NCBI GenBank assembly: GCA_015055665.1
Contig: SVHX01000001.1
Coordinates: forward strand, 67,873-131,872
Reading direction: 5' to 3'
Source: Clostridiales bacterium
GTDB taxonomy: Bacteria > Bacillota > Clostridia > Christensenellales > UBA1242
Length of the DNA: 64,000 nucleotides
Below the pieces are notes generated by a model. The model saw nothing but the letters and a program-made list of their open reading frames with translations. It was not told where the DNA came from and did not search any database. The translations under genes and the position numbers were made by a program. Positions 54,112-62,299 of the stretch are shown one piece after another (positions within the stretch are counted from its first letter, which is position 1; every line of letters starts with the position of its first letter).

Positions 54112-56766
54112 TTAATTTTTATGCTTAATTATATTAATTGGCTTAATTTTGCTTAATTTGATAAGTGGGATAATTGCAGAAATTATCGAAATTATTAAGA
54201 TAAACACAATATCAAGCACAAGTATCAGCGGATTTATTTGGATAATTGATATAGTTGTAAGCGTTTCGTTCTTGATAAAATAAAGCATAGATGTTGCAAG
54301 AACACTATTGACCATATTGCTAAGAGCAATTGTTGCTATAGTTGATAACAAGCAAACAACCAGCCCGACCGAAATAATCTGAATAACAAATATCTTGCCC
54401 ACTTGAGCAGTCTGCCCACCCATAGCCTTCATAACACCAATTTCGAACTTTCTTCTCCTAATATTGCCAGCACCAAAGTTGACTAACAATAGTAATATCG
54501 CAGTATATAGTACAACTGTAATTATATTAAAGAACCCTTCAAATATATCTACAACCTCTACTATAGAAGACACCGAATTATACGCACTTGAGTCCATACT
54601 AATAGCACAATCTCTAGTCACATCATAGGTATAACCAATGCAATCTACACCATCAAGATATATTGCATAATCAAAATTTTCAACTCTTCTTATGGCGTCG
54701 AAGTTGTCGCTATTAACTATTATACTATTTTGCTTACCAGCATCAAATAGTTTGGTAATATAGCAACTATTTGTGTATTTAGGATCAGTATTTTCCGTAT
54801 CAAACCTATAGTATTTTTTCAATTTTACTTCTGTCGTTCCAAGGTAAGTATCGAGATTATCAGCATTATAGTTAGTGCCGAAAATTGTATTATAAGTATA
54901 TGTGCTCATTGCAATTTCAGCTCCACCAAGGCTTGTATTTAGATAACTATTAGCAATATCTTCGTATACAGTCATTGACTCAAAGTAGTTAGAAAATTCA
55001 GAATCTTTGGAACTAATATTTGTATAGTCCAGTCGAGAATAACTTTTTGAATTACTCGACACATAATCTTCGTAATAATTAGGATTAAAAGAGTAAGAAA
55101 CTCCTAAGTATTTTTCAACATAATCAGCAAATTCAAGGAATTTAGGAGTATTATATATGTTAGATGACTGTCCCTTAGACACATACATTTCGTATTCTCT
55201 CATTATGCTTGCTTTGATTCCGGCAAAGAGCGACTCGTAATCGGTATCAATTATTGCATTGATATAATGATTATAATTGCCGTTACCTTCGTATTTGAGT
55301 CCTAATATATCATTGTAATCAATATATTCTCCATCACTATAATATATAATCGAATCAGCAACATAATCTGTTATTACTATACCATATGTTTTAGCAAGCG
55401 GATCACCAATATACTTTATTTGATCAACACCTAAAGAATTACACAAATATTGCTCGTTGCATACTAGAGTACCATAAGTTTCGAGCAAATAGAAATTAGC
55501 AAGATTCTTAGGAGCATACAGTCTAATTTCTTGTCTAAGCAAATTCGAAGCCCCTGTTACACTTATTGCATCATTATATAACGAATATACATTGCCATCA
55601 TATTTAGATTTTTTGATAGACTGATAGTCACTAGGCAACATATCATAGATAAATGAAGTATTAAAGACCTTAAGGTCTTCATCTATATATCTACTTTTGT
55701 ATCCAACTACGACATTGCGATTTTCAGTAGCCACTGCTTTGTTAATAGCTTTGCAATAATCAAACTGAACAAAGAACTGACAAACGCCTAGCACTGCGAC
55801 AATTAAGGTAACGATTAATGATGTTACAATGTAACTCAGTCTTCGCCTTTTTAGGAATACTCCAGCAAGTGCAAATGACTTGGCAAAACTTAATTTAGAT
55901 TTATGAGTCGGTACAAATTTGTTAGAATCGATATCATTTGATGATGGATAGAATCCAGATTGACGTTGTTCGACAGAAACAACCTCCGAATTCTTCTGCC
56001 ACTTGTTAATTTGTTTAATTTCGTCTTCGCTTAGATCTTTATGCCTTGGCAAAATCAATCTGCCATTAATAAGTTCTAGTCTGTCTTCGTAGCCGACCAT
56101 CTTCTCTTCATCACGAATAATAACCCCATCAGCTAACTCAAGTATCCTATCGCCATACAACTCGGCATCTTCAATATTATGAGAAACAACAACAACCAAT
56201 GTAGTCTTAGATAGTTCCTTAAGGATCTTCATAATTTGCTTAGCTGTCTTGGAGTCAAGGTTGCCGGTTGGCTCATCAGCAAGAATCACATGGGGGTCTT
56301 TTGCAAGAGCTCTAGCAATGGCAACTCTTTGCTTTTGACCACCAGAAAGTTCCCTTGGATACCTATTCTCACAATTACTTAGGTGAACCTTATCTAAGAT
56401 ATATTTAATAATACTTTTGTCTTTTCGCTGGTTAAGATCTAATACCAATTCAATATTCTGATATACAGTAAGATCATCAAGCAAACAATAGTCTTGAAAT
56501 ACAAACCCAATGTAAGAATTACGAAACTTATCGAAATCAGAAGACGAAAAAGCTGAGAACTTGTTACCATCAGCAATAATATCGCCTTTGGTAATACTAT
56601 CCAGTCCCCCTAGCATATTTAATAATGTAGATTTTCCACTTCCACTCTTACCAGTTATAAAGACAAGACCTTTGTCTGGTAGTTTAAAACTTATATTCTT
56701 AAGAGCTGTTAGTGATGTTTTGTCGTGACCTGTATATACCTTGGTCAGCTTGTTTACGGTTATCAC
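54112..56766 (-). CDS. fused ABC ATPase + MacB/FtsX-type permease with a ~420-aa extracytoplasmic domain
   Basis: GTG start with an AGGGGG SD. N-terminal GKSGSGKSTLLNMLGGLD, LSGGQKQRVAIARAL and LADEPTGNLD. One TM at ~aa 300, a long Tyr/Asn/Asp-rich domain, then a C-terminal FtsX-like 3-TM bundle. Confidence 0.85.
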   Translation of the reverse strand: MITVNKLTKVYTGHDKTSLTALKNISFKLPDKGLVFITGKSGSGKSTLLNMLGGLDSITKGDIIADGNKFSAFSSSDFDKFRNSYIGFVFQDYCLLDDLTVYQNIELVLDLNQRKDKSIIKYILDKVHLSNCENRYPRELSGGQKQRVAIARALAKDPHVILADEPTGNLDSKTAKQIMKILKELSKTTLVVVVSHNIEDAELYGDRILELADGVIIRDEEKMVGYEDRLELINGRLILPRHKDLSEDEIKQINKWQKNSEVVSVEQRQSGFYPSSNDIDSNKFVPTHKSKLSFAKSFALAGVFLKRRRLSYIVTSLIVTLIVAVLGVCQFFVQFDYCKAINKAVATENRNVVVGYKSRYIDEDLKVFNTSFIYDMLPSDYQSIKKSKYDGNVYSLYNDAISVTGASNLLRQEIRLYAPKNLANFYLLETYGTLVCNEQYLCNSLGVDQIKYIGDPLAKTYGIVITDYVADSIIYYSDGEYIDYNDILGLKYEGNGNYNHYINAIIDTDYESLFAGIKASIMREYEMYVSKGQSSNIYNTPKFLEFADYVEKYLGVSYSFNPNYYEDYVSSNSKSYSRLDYTNISSKDSEFSNYFESMTVYEDIANSYLNTSLGGAEIAMSTYTYNTIFGTNYNADNLDTYLGTTEVKLKKYYRFDTENTDPKYTNSCYITKLFDAGKQNSIIVNSDNFDAIRRVENFDYAIYLDGVDCIGYTYDVTRDCAISMDSSAYNSVSSIVEVVDIFEGFFNIITVVLYTAILLLLVNFGAGNIRRRKFEIGVMKAMGGQTAQVGKIFVIQIISVGLVVCLLSTIATIALSNMVNSVLATSMLYFIKNETLTTISIIQINPLILVLDIVFILIISIISAIIPLIKLSKIKPINIIKHKN

Positions 56767-56793
56767 TACGTAACCCCCTATTAATACATTATC

Positions 56794-56822
56794 ATTATAA
56801 CAAATATTAATTCAAATCAAAA
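56794..56822 (-). promoter_or_regulatory. extended -10 promoter candidate for the ABC gene
   Basis: TGtTATAAT (hexamer 56799-56794) on the minus strand. The -35 is weak. Confidence 0.3.
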
Positions 56823-56875
56823 CAAATTTGCACTATATTAATAATATTGGTATGTCATTATTGAGTTTTGCGTAC

Positions 56876-56912
56876 AAAAAAAGAAGAAGTTATATTAACT
56901 ATAACCTCTTCT
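56876..56912 (-). terminator. rho-independent terminator after the collagen-like gene
   Basis: 13-bp stem AGAAGAGGTTATA/TATAACTTCTTCT (one G-U pair) with a 5-nt loop, followed by a T-run. Confidence 0.65.
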
Positions 56913-56934
56913 ATATATTTACAAAATCAACAAA

Positions 56935-59214
56935 TTATTTGTTAAGATCTGTAGTAAGCTTCATTGACATTTCTTCGGTAGCACCAGTGATTGTTGTTGC
57001 ATTATCAATATCAAGAACTGATAGATAAGAAGCACCAGTAGTTCCAGCAGGAGCAGTAACAACCTCAAGTAGTCCATAACCGTTAACACTAGTAATTGTA
57101 CAACCGTTAATATCAAATGTCATAGCAGGATTATTCTTGTATCCTGATGCCGAATCAATTACAAGTCCAGATCCTGTGTTATTAGCACCATTACCATTGT
57201 AATCTGCATCACTAGCTGCACCAACACCTGTTAACTTACAGTTAGTGTATACATGAGTACCAGCCTTAGCATAAACACCATCATAACCACTGAATTCGCA
57301 ACCAACAAATTCATAGTTGTAGTTAGCTGGCAAATATGCACCTAGTTCCTCTCCAGAGAATTTAGAATTAGTAGCCTTAATTGAGCCATTTTCTCTATAT
57401 CCATTAGTAGCAATACCACCATATAATCCAGAAAGCTCTACATTATCAAGTGTAATAGCAATATTATTACCATTAGCAAGCATACCATACCAAGTATCAG
57501 ACTCAGCTGTTTTGTTAATTATACCATTTCTAAAAATTACATTAACATGATTTGCAGTTTGAACTTTGTTGACATATGTTCTAACACCAATAACACCATT
57601 GATACCAGTATTAGCTGTATTAGTAATTGTATGACCATTTAGATCAATTACAACATTAAGGTCGCCATTTTCTGCATTAACCTTGATTTCTTGATCAGTT
57701 ACAATATCTGCAGTAAGAATAATGTAAGATCCATCAACTTGAGCATATTTTATAAGATCTTCTACTGTAGAAACATAATGAGTAGATGTATAAACTGCAT
57801 TTTCTAGATCAGCATTAGCAGTAGTAATTACAGTATCAGCATCAATATTAAGCTCTGCCAAGTAAGACTTAGGTTCTACATTTGCTGCACTAGTTACAAC
57901 TTCTGACACACCGTAACCGTTGTCACTAGTAATATCACAATCAACAATATCAAATGTCATATCTGTAATATTGTTATATCCGCTAGCAGAATCAATTACA
58001 AGTCCAGAACCTGTACTATTAGCACCATTACCGTTATGCTGAGGAGCAGTAAACGCACCATGAGCTACAATTGAACATCTAGTATAAGAGTGTTGTCCGG
58101 CTTTGGTATAGATACCATCATTTCCCTCAAAGTGAGAATCTACAATATTGTACTCATAATTAGCAGCCAAATAAGCTCCAACCTTATCTAGAACATTGTA
58201 TGGATAGAAAGCTGAATCAATAACAGTCAGCGAACCTACTTTACCATTACCATTGGCGTACAATCCACCATAGTTACCGTATGCTTCAACATTTTCAATT
58301 GTAAGATCAATGTTGTCACCATTAGTCATCACACCATAAACAGCAGCAGTTTCGCTAGCACGAACTTTACCATTACGAATAACAGCCTTGATGCTTGTTC
58401 CTGGAGCTTTGATAGTTCTAAGAGCAACCATGTTATTAATTGTATGACCATTTAAGTCTAAGATAAAGTCGAAATCATGATCAACTGTATTAATTGCAAT
58501 ATCATTAGCAGTTCCTGTGATATCACAAGCTAGGATAATATATGCGTTAGGAACAGTAGCAGCAACAGCTAATTGCTCAGCAGATGTTACAACGAAACCA
58601 ACTCTACCAGTTTCGCCCTTCTCTCCTTGCTCGCCTTGTTCTCCCTGCTCACCTTGGATACCTTGAGCTCCTTGATCGCCCTTATCTCCTTTGTCACCTT
58701 TTTCACCCTGTGCTCCAGTATCTCCCTTGTCGCCCTTTTCTCCGGCTACACCTTGATCACCTTTGTCACCTTTATCACCTTTTTCGCCTTGAGCACCAGT
58801 TGCACCGGTATCACCTTTATCTCCTTTAGCACCAGCTTCGCCTTGCTCGCCCTGGATACCTTGGATACCTTGTTCTCCCTGATCGCCCTTGTCGCCTTTA
58901 TCACCTTTGTCACCCTTCTCACCTTGAGCTCCTTGTTCTCCAGCAACATGACCAGCGTTAACCTCAGTTCCATCGCCAAGAGTGATAATTAGATCTCCAT
59001 CCTGATTAACAGTAACATCACCAATACTTGTTAGGTGGTCCAAGAACTCCTCAAATGTTCCTGTAAATCCTTTAGACTGTGCAGCAGTATAAGCAGATCT
59101 GATTGTCCAAGATTGAGTTAGATCAGTATTAGGATCTTCTCCACAACCAGATAGTAACATTGTTCCTGCCATTGCACATGCAGCGAACATCTTAACAAAT
59201 TTCTTATTATTCAT
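56935..59214 (-). CDS. collagen-triple-helix-repeat lipoprotein with two tandem beta-helix-like domains
   Basis: Lipoprotein signal [23 protein letters not shown]|C. There are 38 uninterrupted G-X-Y triplets (aa 92-205). Two homologous ~275-aa modules follow (DLNGHTINN../DLNGHTITN..; [20 protein letters not shown]../[20 protein letters not shown]..). Confidence 0.85.
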   Translation of the reverse strand: MNNKKFVKMFAACAMAGTMLLSGCGEDPNTDLTQSWTIRSAYTAAQSKGFTGTFEEFLDHLTSIGDVTVNQDGDLIITLGDGTEVNAGHVAGEQGAQGEKGDKGDKGDKGDQGEQGIQGIQGEQGEAGAKGDKGDTGATGAQGEKGDKGDKGDQGVAGEKGDKGDTGAQGEKGDKGDKGDQGAQGIQGEQGEQGEQGEKGETGRVGFVVTSAEQLAVAATVPNAYIILACDITGTANDIAINTVDHDFDFILDLNGHTINNMVALRTIKAPGTSIKAVIRNGKVRASETAAVYGVMTNGDNIDLTIENVEAYGNYGGLYANGNGKVGSLTVIDSAFYPYNVLDKVGAYLAANYEYNIVDSHFEGNDGIYTKAGQHSYTRCSIVAHGAFTAPQHNGNGANSTGSGLVIDSASGYNNITDMTFDIVDCDITSDNGYGVSEVVTSAANVEPKSYLAELNIDADTVITTANADLENAVYTSTHYVSTVEDLIKYAQVDGSYIILTADIVTDQEIKVNAENGDLNVVIDLNGHTITNTANTGINGVIGVRTYVNKVQTANHVNVIFRNGIINKTAESDTWYGMLANGNNIAITLDNVELSGLYGGIATNGYRENGSIKATNSKFSGEELGAYLPANYNYEFVGCEFSGYDGVYAKAGTHVYTNCKLTGVGAASDADYNGNGANNTGSGLVIDSASGYKNNPAMTFDINGCTITSVNGYGLLEVVTAPAGTTGASYLSVLDIDNATTITGATEEMSMKLTTDLNK
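58600..58941 (-). repeat. collagen-like (G-X-Y)38 coding repeat
   Basis: [18 protein letters not shown] triplets without interruption. At DNA level these are imperfect 9-nt tandem units (ggtgataaaggtgacaaa..). Confidence 0.9.
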
Positions 59215-59245
59215 ACATCTCCTCCCATGAATTTAAGTTGATTAT

Positions 59246-59274
59246 AGTATACTCCTATATAAACATAATGTCAA
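59246..59274 (-). promoter_or_regulatory. sigma-A-type promoter of the collagen-like gene
   Basis: TTGACA-17 nt-TATACT on the minus strand, about 30 nt upstream of the GGGAGGAG SD. Confidence 0.5.
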
Positions 59275-59373
59275 TAGTTTTATTTAAAGTTATAAAGTTA
59301 TAATTATTCACAATATTCTATATTATGCATTATTATAATATGATTTTAGCCTATTATATATTACTAAAGTTTT

Positions 59374-59399
59374 AAAAAGACCCTACATTACGTAGGATC
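59374..59399 (-). terminator. rho-independent terminator after tsf
   Basis: GATCCTAC-5 nt-GTAGGGTC followed by TTTTT on the minus strand. Confidence 0.55.
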
Positions 59400-59412
59400 A
59401 AATAATTAATAA

Positions 59413-60057
59413 TTATTTCATTTGAGACATAACTTCTTCAGCAAAGTTATCACTTCTCTTCTCTAGACCTTCGCCCATTTCGTAACGAGTAAATCTTCTG
59501 ATAGAGATCTTCTCACCAATTGTAAGGATAGCCTCGTTAACAATATCTCTAATTGTTTTGCTTGGATCTTTAACAAATGGTTGGTCTAATAGACAAACGT
59601 CTTCGTAGAACTTCTTAACTCTTCCTTCGATCATCTTATCAACGATAGCCTCAGGCTTACCTTCGTTAAGAGCTTGAGTTCTAAGAATCTCTTTCTCATG
59701 ATTAAGAACATCTACAGGAACCTCTGTTTGGTCAACATATAGAGGCTTGCTTGCAGCAATATGAAGAGCAATATCCTTACATAGTGCAACGAAATTATCA
59801 CTACGAGAAACGAAATCTGTCTCACAGTTAACTTCTACAAGAACACCAATCTTACCACCCATATGGATATAAGAATATACTAGACCTTCTGCAGCAATTC
59901 TATCTGCTTTCTTAGCAGCCTTAGCGATACCCTTCTCTCTTAGCCACTCAGTAGCCTTGTCAAGATCGCCATTAGTTTCTGTTAACGCATTTTTGCAATC
60001 CATCATACCTGCGTTAGTTCTTTTTCTTAGTTTTACAATATCTTCGTTAGTAAACAT
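59413..60057 (-). CDS. tsf: elongation factor Ts (short form)
   Basis: I trimmed the start to [25 protein letters not shown] (AAGGAG 7 nt upstream). Confidence 0.95.
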   Translation of the reverse strand: MFTNEDIVKLRKRTNAGMMDCKNALTETNGDLDKATEWLREKGIAKAAKKADRIAAEGLVYSYIHMGGKIGVLVEVNCETDFVSRSDNFVALCKDIALHIAASKPLYVDQTEVPVDVLNHEKEILRTQALNEGKPEAIVDKMIEGRVKKFYEDVCLLDQPFVKDPSKTIRDIVNEAILTIGEKISIRRFTRYEMGEGLEKRSDNFAEEVMSQMK

Positions 60058-60090
60058 AATCATACTCCTTAAATTTAAATTTTTAGCAAA

Positions 60091-60867
60091 TTATTCTTGA
60101 GTAGTAGTTTCTTCAGCTGCAACTTCTTCTGCAACTTCAACGCTTTCGGTAGCCTCAGCAGTTTCCTCTTCGATAACAGGTGCAACGCCTTCTTTAGCTT
60201 CAATTACAGCATTAGCCATAGCTCCAGCTATAAGTGATACAGCTCTAATTGCATCATCATTACCAGGGATAACGTAATCAATTGGCTCAGGATCACAGTT
60301 AGTATCAAGTAATGCTACAACTGGGATATTAAGAGTCTTAGCTTCTTTAACTGCGATATGCTCTTTCTTAGTATCAACTACGAAAAGTACATCAGGAAGC
60401 TTAGTCATATCTTTGATACCACCAAGGTTCTTCTCTAGTTTGTCTCTCTCAGCCTTAAGCTTAATAACCTCTTTCTTAGGAAGAAGATTAAATTCTCCAA
60501 CTTTCTCCATAGTGTTAAGCTTGTTTAATCTCTCAATTCTACTTCTGATTGTCTTAAAGTTAGTAAGAGTACCACCCAACCAACGAGAATTGATATAGAA
60601 CATTCCACATCTCTTAGCTTCGTCTTCGATAGCCTTCTGAGCTTGCTTCTTAGTTCCTACGAATAAGATAGTTTTTCCTTGACTAGCCATCTCTCTTACG
60701 TACTCGTATGCCTTGTCAATCAAAACTACTGTGTCTTCTAGGTTAATGATATGGATATCATTTCTAGAATTGAAAATGTATTTGCTCATCTTTGGGTTCC
60801 ACTTTCTTGTCTGATGACCAAAGTGTACACCAGCTTCGAGCAATTGCTTCATTGAAATTACTGACAT
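60091..60867 (-). CDS. rpsB: 30S ribosomal protein S2 (acidic C-terminal tail)
   Basis: Starts [27 protein letters not shown]. Confidence 0.97.
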   Translation of the reverse strand: MSVISMKQLLEAGVHFGHQTRKWNPKMSKYIFNSRNDIHIINLEDTVVLIDKAYEYVREMASQGKTILFVGTKKQAQKAIEDEAKRCGMFYINSRWLGGTLTNFKTIRSRIERLNKLNTMEKVGEFNLLPKKEVIKLKAERDKLEKNLGGIKDMTKLPDVLFVVDTKKEHIAVKEAKTLNIPVVALLDTNCDPEPIDYVIPGNDDAIRAVSLIAGAMANAVIEAKEGVAPVIEEETAEATESVEVAEEVAAEETTTQE

Positions 60868-61051
60868 TATTATTTCCTCCTTGTTTTTCCTCCCCGATAT
60901 TTTAACTCTACAAGACTAGCAATATCGCCAACAATCTTGCAAATCACCAATTAACCGGAATTAATTGCCGTCTATAACTTGCCGAAAACTCAAGTATTTT
61001 TTCTTCAACAAACCAATAGATTTATCGGGTGCGTAATTATTCAACTTAAGT

Positions 61052-61080
61052 ATAATATCATATATTTTAACAAAAATCAA
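61052..61080 (-). promoter_or_regulatory. sigma-A-type promoter of rpsB-tsf (leader ~175 nt)
   Basis: TTGATT-17 nt-TGaTATTAT on the minus strand. Confidence 0.4.
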
Positions 61081-61112
61081 TAATTTATTAAGAATTTTTA
61101 AGAAAAATTTTA

Positions 61113-61148
61113 TTAAAAAATACATCTCATTTCGCGAGATGTATTTTT
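61113..61148 (-). terminator. rho-independent terminator after the DUF1292 gene
   Basis: AAATACATCTC-7 nt-GAGATGTATTT followed by a T-run on the minus strand. Confidence 0.65.
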
Positions 61149-61176
61149 CATATCAAAAATTAAATTAAAATAATAA

Positions 61177-61506
61177 TTACTCAGCGTCTTCTTCTACTTC
61201 AACGCCTTCTTCTTTAAGCATCTTGTAGTACTCTTCGAAAACCTTATCGATAATTGGGTCTTCGTCTACAATTACAAGACAATCTTCATCATCAATTTCA
61301 TCAATAACGAAAACTAATGCTTCATCATCAGCAATACCGTCCATCTGTTTAACAGGCTTTAGGATTGCATAGGTCTTCTCCTCAATAGGAACAAGAGCTA
61401 TTTGCTCGAACTCTACTTCTTGGTTGTCCTCGTTATATAATTTAATGTTATCGGTATTGTTCTCATCAAGTAACATATCGATTGGGGATAAAAAGTCTTC
61501 TGCCAT
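61177..61506 (-). CDS. DUF1292 family protein (YrzB-like)
   Basis: Acidic 109-aa protein. It follows ruvX, as yrzB does in B. subtilis. Contains the EFEQIALVPIEEKTYAILKP pattern. Confidence 0.75.
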   Translation of the reverse strand: MAEDFLSPIDMLLDENNTDNIKLYNEDNQEVEFEQIALVPIEEKTYAILKPVKQMDGIADDEALVFVIDEIDDEDCLVIVDEDPIIDKVFEEYYKMLKEEGVEVEEDAE

Positions 61507-61527
61507 AATTCGCTTCTCCTTTATACA

Positions 61528-61968
61528 TTATATAATATTTTTCCCAAAATTCATATCTAGATAATCTTGCAGTATAATTGTAGCAGATAGTTTATCTAAT
61601 ACATTTTTTCGCTTCTTTCTAGATACATCTGCTGAGATTAGGATTTTCTCGGCAGAAACAGATGTTAATCTTTCGTCAAGATAATCTATCTTGCAATCAA
61701 TATAACGACTAAGTTCTTGAGCAAATTCTTTAGTCTTATCCACTCTAACACCTGCAGAACCATCCATATTGAGAGGAAGTCCGAGAACTACAACTTTGAC
61801 ATTGTTATCTCGCACTATATCAGCGATATGTTGACAATCTTTCTCTAGGCTCACACGAGTATAATTCTCGAGTCCTGAGGCAAGAAATCTAGTAACATCA
61901 CTAAGAGCAAGCCCTATTCTCACATCACCATAATCAATCGCCAATACTCTATAATATGAATTTTCCAT
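61528..61968 (-). CDS. ruvX: putative pre-16S rRNA nuclease / Holliday junction resolvase-like YqgF
   Basis: Contains RVLAIDYGDVRIGLALSD..LPLNMDGS..DERLTS. There is no SD upstream of ATG 61968. Confidence 0.88.
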   Translation of the reverse strand: MENSYYRVLAIDYGDVRIGLALSDVTRFLASGLENYTRVSLEKDCQHIADIVRDNNVKVVVLGLPLNMDGSAGVRVDKTKEFAQELSRYIDCKIDYLDERLTSVSAEKILISADVSRKKRKNVLDKLSATIILQDYLDMNFGKNII

Positions 61969-61974
61969 ATATGT

Positions 61975-62002
61975 ATAATATCACATAATTATCAAATTTC
62001 AA
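61975..62002 (-). promoter_or_regulatory. extended -10 promoter placing the TSS at or next to the ruvX ATG
   Basis: TTGAAA-16 nt-TGaTATTAT on the minus strand. The A of the ATG is the 7th nt after the -10 hexamer. Confidence 0.4.
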
Positions 62003-62051
62003 AATTAATTATGAGGTAAAAATGCAAATTTGACAAATTTTTCTATAAATT

Positions 62052-62189
62052 TTAATCAGTAATCTTCTTAACTTGGTCTTTTACAGCTCTTTTACCCTTC
62101 TCAACAATTTTTTTTGCGTCACTATTACTTGTAACAAGAACAGCTCCAGCTATAAATCCCAATGCCATACATACCAAACAATCTCTCAT
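62052..62189 (-). CDS. small membrane-anchored protein (45 aa), below the ORF-track cutoff
   Basis: GGAGG lies 5 nt upstream of ATG 62189. My translation is MRDCLVCMALGFIAGAVLVTSNSDAKKIVEKGKRAVKDQVKKITD: one TM helix plus a Lys-rich amphipathic tail (YtxH-like flavour). Confidence 0.55.
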   Translation of the reverse strand: MRDCLVCMALGFIAGAVLVTSNSDAKKIVEKGKRAVKDQVKKITD

Positions 62190-62261
62190 ATAATCCTCCA
62201 AAAATATTTTTACTGGCAACAGTAATTAATTTATTTTGAGTAATTATTGTAATTTTATACT

Positions 62262-62290
62262 AAAAATACACTCCCCAATAAGAGAGCGTA
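62262..62290 (-). terminator. terminator candidate after the IscU-like gene
   Basis: ACGCTCTC-6 nt-GGGAGTGT (two G-U pairs) followed by ATTTTT on the minus strand. Confidence 0.4.
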
Positions 62291-62299
62291 TTATATAAA

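Noticed and set aside
58600-58941. Short tandem DNA repeats that might be read as a CRISPR-like or satellite array.
   Set aside because: The periodicity is 9 nt with no spacer/repeat alternation. The region lies in frame within a long ORF encoding G-X-Y collagen triplets, so it is a coding repeat, not a CRISPR array.
59290-59335. dif-like sequence (TTCTATATTATGCATTATTA) upstream of the collagen-like gene.
   Set aside because: Only the central ATATTATG resembles the Firmicute dif core, and the XerD-arm consensus (TTATGTAAACT) is not matched. Gene orientation does not switch here as it would at a terminus.
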